A DNA stretch of 40,070 nucleotides from a virus, in the IMG/VR virus record IMGVR_UViG_3300043137_000143. One strand, 5' to 3'. Both the position numbers and the translations under genes were made by a program. The notes beneath the pieces were generated by a model that was not told where the DNA came from, did no database searches, and worked only from the letters and a program-made list of their open reading frames with translations. This document shows positions 13,168 to 23,089 of this stretch, in pieces; position 1 is the first letter of the stretch, and the number at the start of each line of letters is the position of its first letter.

Positions 13168-15033
13168 ATGGGACGCAAGGCTGGAAAACAGACGTATGGT
13201 AAGGAAGAGGCGCAAGCCAAAGTCCTAGCCCTACTAGAACAAGGTGCCACCGTCACCGCTGCTATGGCAGCCGTTGACCGCCAGGACACCGCCTTCCGCC
13301 AGTGGTCTATGGCAGATGCCGACTTCAAAGAGAAGGCTGATAAAGCCCGCCTTGCGGGTAAGGGCATCAAACAAGATTTAGCAGAACTTAAGGATATGCC
13401 TTTCCATGAGTTCTCAGAGCAGTTCCTAGACTCTAGGCTCTTTCCACATCAGTTGAACTGGATTGACCTCATTGAGGGTAAAGAACCTAGATGGCTACCC
13501 CCTGGTATGACTTATGAACCAGGAGACCCTAACCGTGTCTTGATTAACGTGCCACCTGAGCACGCCAAGTCAACCACTATCACGACTAACTACGTGACCT
13601 ACAAGATTGTGACCAACCCTAACACGCGAGTGATTATCGTGTCTAAGACTCAGGGTATGGCTCGCAAGTTCCTAGGCGCTATTAAGACGCGTCTTTCCCA
13701 CCCTGGCTACATGAAACTACAGACGGCCTTCGGCCCTAATGGTGGGTATAAGGCGGATGCAACACAATGGTCCGCCGACATGATTTATCTAGGCACAGGT
13801 CGAGATTCTGGTGAGAAGGACCCAACCGTTCAAGCCCTAGGCTTCGGGTCTCAGATTTACGGTGCTCGCGCCGACCTGATTATCCTCGACGACGTGGTGA
13901 TGGGTTCTAACGCCCATGAGTGGGAAAAGCAGATTGAGTGGCTGCAGAAGGAAGTTATCACCCGTCTGGGACGACATGGTAAACTTATTATTGTAGGTAC
14001 TCGCGTATCATCTGTAGATTTGTACAAGATGATTCGTGATGGTGGACAATGGACAGGTGGCAAAAGCCCCTTTACTTACTGCGCTATGCCAGCAGTTTTA
14101 CAGTTCGATGATAAACCTAAGAACTGGAAGACTCTTTGGCCTGAGACGGACCAACAGGAAAACGATTTAGATGAGGTTTTGGAAAATGGCTTATACCCGA
14201 AATGGGATGGACCCTCGCTCTTTAAGCGTCGCTCTGAGGTCGCTCCGTCTGTTTGGGCTATGGTCTACCAACAGGAAGATGTCCAAGAAGACTCAATATT
14301 CTCTCCAACCTGTGTGGCTGGCTCAGTCAACGGAATGCGAAAAAGAGGACCTCTAAAAGCAGGTACTCCTGGACATCCCCAACATGTTGAAGGTTATACC
14401 ATTATCGGTCTTGACCCTGCTATGGCAGGTGCTACAGGAGCGGTGGTTTGTACTTACAACCGAGCAGATGGACGTATCTACGTCCTAGACTGTGTGAATA
14501 TGACTGACCCAAGCCCAGCAAAGATTCAATCTTTGATTGAGGAATGGGTTGAGAAGTATCGTCCACAGGAACTGCGTATTGAAATTAACGCACACCAGAA
14601 GGCGTATGCCTTAGACGATGACTTAAGAGCATATCTTGCATCCTATGGATGCCAACTCAACTCTCACTTTACTGGCAAGAATAAATGGGACACGTCTTTT
14701 GGTGTTGCGTCTATGTCTATGCTATTTGGAAATACCAGAGATGGTAGATTCCAAGACAACAACATTATCGAACTACCAAGTAATGAAGGTTCTGAAGGTC
14801 TGAAGACCTTGGTACAGGAACTAATTACCTGGAAGCCAGATACTAAGAACCCAACAGACTGCGTTATGGCACTCTGGTTTGCTATTATCCGCATCCGCGA
14901 GATGATGCAACAGAGCAGTAATGCATCTAAATGGATGCAGAACCGCTGGACAACCCAGGCACAAGCATCTAGACGACATGCAGTAAATTTAGACGAAGCC
15001 TTTGCAGAGCAATGGTCGCAAACATACGGTTAG
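13168..15033 (+). CDS. terL: Terminase large subunit with an N-terminal small-terminase-like HTH extension
   Basis: Walker A-like PPEHAKST, Walker B LIILDDV and a GTR coupling motif, with a C-terminal nuclease-sized domain. The first ~65 aa (AQAKVLALLEQGATVTAAMAAVDRQDTAFRQW) look like an HTH. It is the first gene after the control region. Confidence 0.85.
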   Translation: MGRKAGKQTYGKEEAQAKVLALLEQGATVTAAMAAVDRQDTAFRQWSMADADFKEKADKARLAGKGIKQDLAELKDMPFHEFSEQFLDSRLFPHQLNWIDLIEGKEPRWLPPGMTYEPGDPNRVLINVPPEHAKSTTITTNYVTYKIVTNPNTRVIIVSKTQGMARKFLGAIKTRLSHPGYMKLQTAFGPNGGYKADATQWSADMIYLGTGRDSGEKDPTVQALGFGSQIYGARADLIILDDVVMGSNAHEWEKQIEWLQKEVITRLGRHGKLIIVGTRVSSVDLYKMIRDGGQWTGGKSPFTYCAMPAVLQFDDKPKNWKTLWPETDQQENDLDEVLENGLYPKWDGPSLFKRRSEVAPSVWAMVYQQEDVQEDSIFSPTCVAGSVNGMRKRGPLKAGTPGHPQHVEGYTIIGLDPAMAGATGAVVCTYNRADGRIYVLDCVNMTDPSPAKIQSLIEEWVEKYRPQELRIEINAHQKAYALDDDLRAYLASYGCQLNSHFTGKNKWDTSFGVASMSMLFGNTRDGRFQDNNIIELPSNEGSEGLKTLVQELITWKPDTKNPTDCVMALWFAIIRIREMMQQSSNASKWMQNRWTTQAQASRRHAVNLDEAFAEQWSQTYG

Positions 15034-15040
15034 GATACCA

Positions 15041-16813
15041 ATGGCATTATCAATGGAACAGGTTGCAGCACGCGTCGAAGCGTTGCGCTACCGTAATCAT
15101 GAACGAGATGCTCGTAATCTAAGCGTACTTGCAGTTCGTAAGGGACAAATTTCACAGGTCTACCCTGAGTTCTTCCCAGAGGGTGTAGATGCTAACGTAG
15201 TTGCTAACTTCATTGACGTAGTAGCACGTGACCTTTCAGAGGTTATGGCACCGCTACCAGCAATTAACTGCTCTGCTGCTAACTCCGTTAGCGACAAGGC
15301 ACGTAACTTCGCTGATAAGCGTACACGTATTGCTGCTAACTACTTCTCACACTCTGACCTATCAGTACAGATGTACTCAGGTGCTGACTGGTATCTAACA
15401 TATGGTTTCGTTCCTTTCATGATTGAATTGGACGAAGAAAGCAAGTTGCCGCGTATTCGCGTAGAAAATCCAATCGGGGCTTACCCAGAATTCGACCGCT
15501 ACGGACGCTGTGTGGCATTTGCAAAGCGCTACATGATGACTCTTGGAGAACTAGTAACACAGTTCCCAGAGTATGAGACTCAAATCCTTGGTCGTGACGG
15601 ATACACACAGGACCTGCACGCTCAGGTCGAGATGGTTCGTTACTACGATAAGGACCAGTCAGTAATTTACTTACCCAAGAAGGGTAATCTAGTTTTATCT
15701 CGCGCAGCCAACCCGCTGGGCAAGATGATGGTTGTCGTGGCGCGTAAGCCGTCTATTGATGGCGAGATGCGTGGACAATTCGACGACGTATTAGGTATTC
15801 AACTTCTTCGCAACCGTTTCGCTTTATTGGCAATGGAAGCAGCGGAGAAGAGTGTTCAGGCACCAATCGTATTACCACAAGACGTACAAGAACTCCAGTT
15901 GGGTGGCGATGCGGTTATCCGTACCGCCAACCCAGCGGGCGTTCGTCGTGTCGAATTAAACATTCCACAAGGCGCGTTCACGGAAGCACAACTCCTTAAT
16001 CAAGAACTTCGCTCAGGTACTCGTTATCCAGAAGGACGTTCTGGTAACATTGATGCAAGCATCGTTACTGGTCAAGGCGTACAAGCACTCATGGGTGCAT
16101 TTGATACACAGGTTAAGTCAGCACAGGCAATCTTTGCATCTGCACTACGCGATGTAGTATCTCTATGTTTTGAGGTAGATGAGAAGGTTTACGCAGAAGA
16201 AAAGACCATTCGTGGTGTTGACTCTGGTTCTCCTTACGAGATTACATACAAGCCAACTAAGGATATCAAGGGTGATTACTCTGCAGATGTCCGTTATGGT
16301 ATGCTCGCTGGTCTTAACCCAGCACAGGGACTTATCTTTATGCTACAGGCTCTTGGTGGAGGACTAATCTCCAAGGACATGGCAATGCGTGAACTACCAT
16401 TCACTGTCAATGTTACTCAAGAACTTGAGAAGATTGAAATCGAAAACATGCGTTCATCACTTCTAAGTGGTATTACTGCAATGGCTCAGGCTATTCCAGC
16501 AATGGCTACATCAGGTGGAGACCCATCATCTATCGTAACTAAAATTGCAGGAGTTATTAGCGCAAGGCAAAAGGGACAGGCTTTGGAAGAAGCAGTTGCT
16601 AATGTGTTTGCTCCTCAGCAACAAGTTCCTCCTGCTGGGGCGGCAACTTCTCCTGTTGAGCAGCCGTCCCCTGCTCCAGGCGCGGCTCCAGTAGGAGGCT
16701 CTCCCGCAGATATGGGAATGGCACCTCCAGCAGCAGCACCAGATATCCAAACTATTTTATCTACCCTTAGCGGTAGCGGCAAGGCAACGGGACGAGTAAC
16801 AACTAGGGGATAA
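15041..16813 (+). CDS. Portal protein
   Basis: About 590 aa directly after terL, with a P/A-rich C-terminal tail. The start is taken at the ATG behind AGGA just past the terL stop (the track start at 15002 overlaps terL by 32 nt). Confidence 0.75.
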   Translation: MALSMEQVAARVEALRYRNHERDARNLSVLAVRKGQISQVYPEFFPEGVDANVVANFIDVVARDLSEVMAPLPAINCSAANSVSDKARNFADKRTRIAANYFSHSDLSVQMYSGADWYLTYGFVPFMIELDEESKLPRIRVENPIGAYPEFDRYGRCVAFAKRYMMTLGELVTQFPEYETQILGRDGYTQDLHAQVEMVRYYDKDQSVIYLPKKGNLVLSRAANPLGKMMVVVARKPSIDGEMRGQFDDVLGIQLLRNRFALLAMEAAEKSVQAPIVLPQDVQELQLGGDAVIRTANPAGVRRVELNIPQGAFTEAQLLNQELRSGTRYPEGRSGNIDASIVTGQGVQALMGAFDTQVKSAQAIFASALRDVVSLCFEVDEKVYAEEKTIRGVDSGSPYEITYKPTKDIKGDYSADVRYGMLAGLNPAQGLIFMLQALGGGLISKDMAMRELPFTVNVTQELEKIEIENMRSSLLSGITAMAQAIPAMATSGGDPSSIVTKIAGVISARQKGQALEEAVANVFAPQQQVPPAGAATSPVEQPSPAPGAAPVGGSPADMGMAPPAAAPDIQTILSTLSGSGKATGRVTTRG

Positions 16814-16814
16814 A

Positions 16815-17381
16815 ATGACTACGTTAGTAGCGATACAAGGTGACGGTTGGTCGGTACTAGGGTGTGATTCACGTTTAAGTGATGAGCATGGTCGTTTTCA
16901 GATAAGCAAAACCCCCAAGATTGTAGATAACAACGGCGTATTAATTGCTGGTTGTGGCTCATCACGTGCTAGTAACGTGTTGCATTATGGTTATAAACAA
17001 CCTAAGCCTACTGCTCAAGAAGACTTAAATACCTACATGACACAGAAGTTCATACCAGCAATGCGTAAGAACTTTGTAGATGCAGGTATTGATATGAAAG
17101 AGGACGGCGATGTTGCACAAATCGATGGGGGATTCCTCATCTCGGTTAAAGGACAAGTGTTCTCGGTTTCTGAAGATTACTCTTGGGATACCGATGTTCG
17201 CAATGTATACGTTATGGGTAGTGGTGGCGATGTTGCCCTCGGCGCATTGGCAGCGTTGGGTGTGGAAAAAGTAAAGACAATTAACCAAGCGGAGACAATG
17301 ATTCGTAAAGCAATTGCTATTGCAATCCAATACGATAACATGTGCTCAGAACCAATTCATATCTTTAGACAATTTAAGTAG
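16815..17381 (+). CDS. HslV/proteasome-beta-like Ntn threonine peptidase at the prohead-protease position
   Basis: MTTLVAIQGDGWSVLGCDS aligns without gaps to E. coli HslV TTIVSVRRNGHVVIAGDG (Thr1, Gly10, Asp17). A Lys lies near position 33, with LIAGCGSS and MGSGGDVALGALAAL (the GSGG motif). Confidence 0.7.
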   Translation: MTTLVAIQGDGWSVLGCDSRLSDEHGRFQISKTPKIVDNNGVLIAGCGSSRASNVLHYGYKQPKPTAQEDLNTYMTQKFIPAMRKNFVDAGIDMKEDGDVAQIDGGFLISVKGQVFSVSEDYSWDTDVRNVYVMGSGGDVALGALAALGVEKVKTINQAETMIRKAIAIAIQYDNMCSEPIHIFRQFK

Positions 17382-17389
17382 GAGGAACA

Positions 17390-17851
17390 ATGGCTGTAGA
17401 GAATCGTGGCGGTGCCAACGGTGGACCGCAGTACAATCCTGCCAACGTTTCAGGTGTAGGCGGAGCAGGCCAGAGTGGCAATTACACTGGCTTTGCATAC
17501 GGACAAAACCAAGCAGTAAACAATCAGCGTATTGAGGGTAATCAAGCAGTGGCTACAACTAAAGCAGCAGGTATCCCTTCATCAGAAGCACCATACGGTG
17601 GAGTTAATATGTCACCTCTAGGTAGTTTGCTAGATGATACTACTAATCCAGCAGAACCAATTACTGCTGGTGTAGACTTTGGCCCTGGTCCTGGTTCAGA
17701 AGCGCTACCTCAAGGCTTCATGAATAACACTCGTCCAGATGAAAATGCAATGATTGTAAAGCAGTACTTGCCAGACTTGGCTATGGCTGCACAGTCTAAG
17801 GACGCTCCAGATTCATTCAAGCGTTTCGTTAACTTTTTATTGGCACAATAA
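17390..17851 (+). CDS. Hypothetical virion-module protein with a G/N/Q-rich N-terminus
   Basis: 153-aa ORF with an AGGAGG RBS. No motif recognised. Confidence 0.6.
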   Translation: MAVENRGGANGGPQYNPANVSGVGGAGQSGNYTGFAYGQNQAVNNQRIEGNQAVATTKAAGIPSSEAPYGGVNMSPLGSLLDDTTNPAEPITAGVDFGPGPGSEALPQGFMNNTRPDENAMIVKQYLPDLAMAAQSKDAPDSFKRFVNFLLAQ

Positions 17852-18060
17852 TGGCAGATGTATATTGGATGCCTGGAAGTCTGTTTGACAACATTGATAA
17901 GTTTGCCAACTCGCTTGGCTACCAGAATGCTGCAATAGCATTAGAACTTGCAATGATGCCTTGGAAGTCACCAGATGAGCGTGATGCTTTTATCACTGGA
18001 ATCACTGGCGAAGATGTCAAAGGTGGCACAGAGAAAAACTACATTAAACAAAATTTTTAG
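17851..18060 (+). CDS. Hypothetical protein
   Basis: 69-aa ORF with a TAATG overlap with the upstream gene. Confidence 0.55.
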   Translation: MADVYWMPGSLFDNIDKFANSLGYQNAAIALELAMMPWKSPDERDAFITGITGEDVKGGTEKNYIKQNF

Positions 18061-18069
18061 GGGGTAGCG

Positions 18070-21000
18070 ATGTCAGCATGGAACAAATTCACATCCGCTA
18101 TCTCAGGAATCCCTGTACTCGGAAAGCGCATTACAGGTGGTGGGGCTTACCTCAGCGATGAGGAACTTGCAAAAGAACGCGCACTTAACGATACAGTAAA
18201 GGGTGCTCTTGCAGAGTTGGACTTGATGTCTAACCCAGCAACTAAGTTGGCAAAAGATGTTACCAAGCAGGCTGCAGACTTCCTATTGGCTGGCGCAGTT
18301 AAACTTAATAACAACGTTATCTCTCCCTACATCACACGTCCAGCATCAACGCTTGGACTTCTAACTGATATTCAGTCTCCCCTTTACAAGAAGGGTCAGT
18401 ACGAAGAAGGCTTTCAGTTTAGTGACATCAAGGCTGCATACAATCGCAGTGCTAAGGTTTCAACATTCCAGGCTCTAACTAAGTCTGAACTGACACCAAT
18501 CAGTCTTCTATCTTCAATGGTGCTACCTGCTGGTGGTATTGACATGAACAAGGTTGACCTTTGGAACGACGAAAGTATCCAACAGAACTTTGTTGATAAC
18601 GCAGTTGGTCGTTGGTTTACAGGTATCGGTGACTTTGTTGTAGGCAACAAGGTATTCGGTGTTGCTGGTAAGGTTGTTGGCGCTAGTGCTAAGGCAGGCG
18701 CTAAGCCTCTAGGTCTTTACACTAAGGGTAAGACTGTAGAGAGCCTTGCAACAGACATGGAAAACGGCATTGTATTTGCCAAGACTGCTGGAGCACAGGG
18801 AACTCAAACTGTTTCTGGTTCACACATGGTCACTCTTGCAGAGTCAAGAGACTGGGGAGTTGTAGAAGATTTAGTTTCCAAGTACAGTACTAACGAAAAA
18901 CTTATCCCGCTTATCCGCGAAGCATCTGATGCTGACGCAGTTAAGGATATCATCCTTGCAGATAAGGGAAATGTTACAGCGCTAGAACGTCTTGCTGCTA
19001 CAGATAGCCACAAGTTGTTTATCGCTGGTAACGTACAAGCACAACTACAGAACAAGTTTATTCAAACTGGTGTAGTAGCACTCCCAGAGGGAGCGGCAGT
19101 ACCACGTTTACAGAAGGCATTTGACGATGCTATCAATGCAGACCCACAGTTCAAGAAACTAAAGGATGCATTCTTTGATGAGGATTACAGTCTAACTCCT
19201 GGCGGTAAGGCTTACATGCCTCTAGAGCCAATTGTTGGAACTAACCTTATTATCAAGGGTGAAGAGAAGATTCGTGGCGCTAAGACTGCGGTTCGTTCAC
19301 GCTTTGCTGATGCACCAGAATCTGCCAAGTGGTTTGGTGAAACAACACTAGGCTCAAAGACTAGCGGGCTCGCTATGCGCCTTGTGCGCCTTGTAGGGCG
19401 TGGCACAGAGGCCTTGCCTACTGGTTATGTATCTTTCTCTGGTATGCGCCCTATGCAGGCACGTACAGAACTCAACGGTTTCCTCAACAACATGAAGTTG
19501 TTCAGAGACGGTGCAGCAAAGATTGAGACATCTCCTAACGTCTATGAGCGTGTAGCAGATGTTCGTGCTCGCTTTGATGATATGTACATGTCTTCACTAG
19601 GTCAAGGACCAATTGCACAGGCTAACGCTCTTAAGGCTATCGATGCAGAAGTTGGAAAACTTCTATTCTACAAGGTTGGCATTTACGATGCAGATACAAT
19701 TGCTACATCTGTAAACACCTACCAAAGCAACGTAAGTCGTGGCATCCAATCTGTTCAGCGAAACGGCTTTGGTATTGCACACGATGGTAGCGCTATCTTG
19801 GTACAGCCTCAGACACTTCGTCAACTTGCTGACTCATACCGCTTTACACCATGGGATGACATTGAGAACCAAGTTGATATGGCGCGTAAGGCTGGAACTA
19901 CTGCTGGTAAGGCTATGGTTGGCAAGGATGCAGGTCAAGAATTTCTTGCACAACTCAACCGTGTATGGACATTTGACGTACTAGCACGCCCTGCGTATGC
20001 TTTCAAGCAGTCACTATTTGAGCCAATGATTAGCACTGGTCTTGCTTATGGACTTGACTTCGTATGGAACGATGTTATCAAGACCGCAGGCAAGGGTAGC
20101 GCATACAACGTTCGCAACTGGGTACGTGGAGTTGCTGTTCAAAAGGGCAACAGAAAAGAATTTGCAGAAGTCAACAGAGCCTTGCAAGATAAGGCAAAGA
20201 TGTACGAGAAGGCTCTTGTTATCAAGGAGTCAGCAGAAGCAACAGTAGCAGAACTGCTAACTAATGCATCTCCAGCAACCAAGTCTCAGCACTTGTCTGC
20301 TGCAACAAAGGACTTAAAAGCAGCATCTAAACTTCTAGATGATATTGAACTAGACTTGCGTACAGCAGCAGTTCCTTACGGACAGACTGCAGCGATTCCA
20401 AGTATTGCTACGCTTGAGCGTCGCGTTAAGTATCTTTCTGAGTATGAAGATGTTGATTTAGTTGCACTCAATGAAGCACAGGATGCTATTGACAACTATA
20501 GAAAAACTATTTCTAAACTAGCAACCAACAAGAAGGTCATCCAAGATGCTGACCAGGCTGTTCAGGATGCTTATGCAAACATTGACAAGATTGTCAGTGA
20601 ACTTGGTGATGCCGCTAAGCGACAAGCAGATGTACACGGTAAGACTGCAGAGTTCAAAGACCGTTACTATACAAAAGAAATGCAACACCGCATAGTCAAT
20701 GGACAGCATGTTTCAATCGACTCTTTTATTCAGGACCCAACAGTACCTGGGAAGAACTACTTCACTGCTGCTACTCGCGCAGAAGTACAGAATGCCCGCA
20801 CATCTGATATTAACTATCTAGGTGAGCAGTCAATCGGTATGCGCACAGCAGGCATCCAGCGCCTTGTTCCATCTGGAAAGGTTTCTGTAAGCGACCCTGA
20901 GTACTTTGAAGAGTTGGCTTACATTGCAAACCGTCAGTACCGTGGAGACCCGTTGATGGATTTAATCCTCAAAGAGACTTCAATGAAGGACTTGCAACGT

Positions 21001-23088
21001 TGGGCAGCAACTGATACTGGCCAGGCTTACCTACGTCAGTTTGATGTTTTTGATGCTAAGGAAGTTCCTGCTTACCTAGCAGACAAGGTATCTCTAGTCC
21101 AGCGTACGTTCCCATCATATGAAGCACGTGCTGCAATTCTTAAGGGTGAAGTTACTTCACAGCAATTGCAAAAGAACCTTGCTCCATACATGAACGACCT
21201 GTACGATATCGTTCCGTCACATCACAACTACATTGGTTCTACTTTTGGTTCAAGTTCTCTTTCTAAGGTAAATACCAAGTTTAACGAATTAGCGGCAAAT
21301 GCTTTCAGAAAACTCGCTGCATTTGAAAACCCAATTCGTTATGCTGCCTTTGATAAAGAGGCAATTGACATTGTTGCTCGTAAAGCAGATTACCTAATGT
21401 CACAGGGTGTAGAAATGACACCTGCTCGCTTTAACGCACTACGCCAGTCTGCTGGTCGTGAAGCATTGCAGAATGTAGAGAAGACTCTTTACACTATTAA
21501 TAACCCTAATCGCTTTATCAACTCATTGCGTCTTATCACAGCGTTCCCTGCTGCAAATGCTAACGCATTCTTGCGCTACGGTCGTCTTGCTGCTAAGTCT
21601 CCACAGCGTGCTGCTGGATTCATGTACAACTACGGTCGTACATTCCAGACATTCGGTGTAGATGAGAACGGTAATCCAACCAACGACATCAACAAGATTA
21701 CACACCTTGTTGTTCCTGGTACAAAGGATTTAGGTTTAGGTCCACGTGGAGAAGGAATTGCACTGAGTTCTCAGTCACTAGGATTCCTACTTAACCGACC
21801 AAGCCCATCGTTCATTACCTCGCTTTCAATTGGTAATGTCATGAAGTACTTCCCACAGAGCGAAGATGAAATTCAAGATTTCATGACAATCAATGGGGTT
21901 AACTGGTTCAAGGTTTACTTCCCATACGGAGCACCTACAAACGTAGGTAAAGCATTCGTTCCGCCTTGGTTGAACTCATTCTACAACGGTGTGATGGGTC
22001 CTGAGAGCAAGCAAGATTATTTAAGTTCTTGGAAGTCTGTTTACAACTACCATGCAATGCTCAATGAAATGGGTGTTACAGATGGTATGCCTTCTGATGA
22101 TGAGATTAGAAAAGAAGTTAAGGCTCTTTGGTTGACAAAGGCTTTTGCATCGTTCTCATCTCCATTTGCTGGTATTCCGTTTAAGACAGACACCAACCCA
22201 ATGGGTCTTACAACTAACCTGTACTACAAGTTACAGGAAAAGTACAAGGCACAGAACATGTCTAACCAGGATGCACGCGATGCAGCAGGCGAAGAGATGC
22301 TATCTCTACTTGGTCCTAAGTTTATGGTTGATAGAGTATCATTTACTGGTTCATCAAAGAACCTAAACATTCCAGCAACCTACGAAGCATACGAACGTAT
22401 CTTCGAAGATAACAAGGACCTAGTTGGTCGCTTGGCAAACATCGAGCCAGGTGAAATTGGTTTGATTGGCTTGATTACATCAGACCTAAGCCGTGACCCA
22501 GCAGAGCAGTCAAGCAACATTCTTAACCTACTTGGTAGCAAGGGATTAGTAATTCCTGGCACAAGTAAGCGAGTGAATGAACTACGACTTACTCCACAGG
22601 AGATTGAAACTGAGCGCATTAAGCAGCGCACATGGAACCAATACACTGCGGTACGCGAAGCACTAGAGGCTAAGATTACAGATGGTCAAACTCTTCGTGG
22701 ACACCCAGAACTAAAGGCAGCCCTTGATAAGGTTGTCGAGGGTCCACTTAAGGAAGCAAGCCAGGCTTGGTACGATGAGTTCCAATTCTCTGCTAGCGGT
22801 GATGCATCTTACAAGTACGCACGTGCGCTACAAGAAATTACTAGCGACAAGAACTTTATGAAGAGTCAAGGCGGTTCTACCTTCTGGAAGGACGCTCAGC
22901 AATTCTTAGAGTCTCGAGCAATGTTCACAGACATCTATCAAGCATTACCAGATTATGACCCACGTAAGGCAATCCTCAAGGACGGCTACAACTACTGGGT
23001 ACAACAAAATCTAGGTCAATGGGATGGAAACCTAAAGACAATAGTTATGCGATATTTTGACAATGATTCCCTAAAGGCGGTTAACTAA
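18070..23088 (+). CDS. Very large (1672 aa) virion-module protein, function unknown (internal/ejection protein candidate)
   Basis: An uninterrupted 5-kb ORF, about 12.5% of the genome, lying between the portal/protease genes and the scaffold/capsid genes. No catalytic motif recognised by eye. Confidence 0.85.
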   Translation: MSAWNKFTSAISGIPVLGKRITGGGAYLSDEELAKERALNDTVKGALAELDLMSNPATKLAKDVTKQAADFLLAGAVKLNNNVISPYITRPASTLGLLTDIQSPLYKKGQYEEGFQFSDIKAAYNRSAKVSTFQALTKSELTPISLLSSMVLPAGGIDMNKVDLWNDESIQQNFVDNAVGRWFTGIGDFVVGNKVFGVAGKVVGASAKAGAKPLGLYTKGKTVESLATDMENGIVFAKTAGAQGTQTVSGSHMVTLAESRDWGVVEDLVSKYSTNEKLIPLIREASDADAVKDIILADKGNVTALERLAATDSHKLFIAGNVQAQLQNKFIQTGVVALPEGAAVPRLQKAFDDAINADPQFKKLKDAFFDEDYSLTPGGKAYMPLEPIVGTNLIIKGEEKIRGAKTAVRSRFADAPESAKWFGETTLGSKTSGLAMRLVRLVGRGTEALPTGYVSFSGMRPMQARTELNGFLNNMKLFRDGAAKIETSPNVYERVADVRARFDDMYMSSLGQGPIAQANALKAIDAEVGKLLFYKVGIYDADTIATSVNTYQSNVSRGIQSVQRNGFGIAHDGSAILVQPQTLRQLADSYRFTPWDDIENQVDMARKAGTTAGKAMVGKDAGQEFLAQLNRVWTFDVLARPAYAFKQSLFEPMISTGLAYGLDFVWNDVIKTAGKGSAYNVRNWVRGVAVQKGNRKEFAEVNRALQDKAKMYEKALVIKESAEATVAELLTNASPATKSQHLSAATKDLKAASKLLDDIELDLRTAAVPYGQTAAIPSIATLERRVKYLSEYEDVDLVALNEAQDAIDNYRKTISKLATNKKVIQDADQAVQDAYANIDKIVSELGDAAKRQADVHGKTAEFKDRYYTKEMQHRIVNGQHVSIDSFIQDPTVPGKNYFTAATRAEVQNARTSDINYLGEQSIGMRTAGIQRLVPSGKVSVSDPEYFEELAYIANRQYRGDPLMDLILKETSMKDLQRWAATDTGQAYLRQFDVFDAKEVPAYLADKVSLVQRTFPSYEARAAILKGEVTSQQLQKNLAPYMNDLYDIVPSHHNYIGSTFGSSSLSKVNTKFNELAANAFRKLAAFENPIRYAAFDKEAIDIVARKADYLMSQGVEMTPARFNALRQSAGREALQNVEKTLYTINNPNRFINSLRLITAFPAANANAFLRYGRLAAKSPQRAAGFMYNYGRTFQTFGVDENGNPTNDINKITHLVVPGTKDLGLGPRGEGIALSSQSLGFLLNRPSPSFITSLSIGNVMKYFPQSEDEIQDFMTINGVNWFKVYFPYGAPTNVGKAFVPPWLNSFYNGVMGPESKQDYLSSWKSVYNYHAMLNEMGVTDGMPSDDEIRKEVKALWLTKAFASFSSPFAGIPFKTDTNPMGLTTNLYYKLQEKYKAQNMSNQDARDAAGEEMLSLLGPKFMVDRVSFTGSSKNLNIPATYEAYERIFEDNKDLVGRLANIEPGEIGLIGLITSDLSRDPAEQSSNILNLLGSKGLVIPGTSKRVNELRLTPQEIETERIKQRTWNQYTAVREALEAKITDGQTLRGHPELKAALDKVVEGPLKEASQAWYDEFQFSASGDASYKYARALQEITSDKNFMKSQGGSTFWKDAQQFLESRAMFTDIYQALPDYDPRKAILKDGYNYWVQQNLGQWDGNLKTIVMRYFDNDSLKAVN

Positions 23089-23089
23089 T

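Noticed and set aside
18070-23088. The 1672-aa ORF as a tape measure protein
   Set aside because: It lies upstream of the scaffold and capsid genes. No tail tube, sheath, assembly-chaperone frameshift or baseplate hub genes accompany it. I cannot fully exclude this without profile searches.
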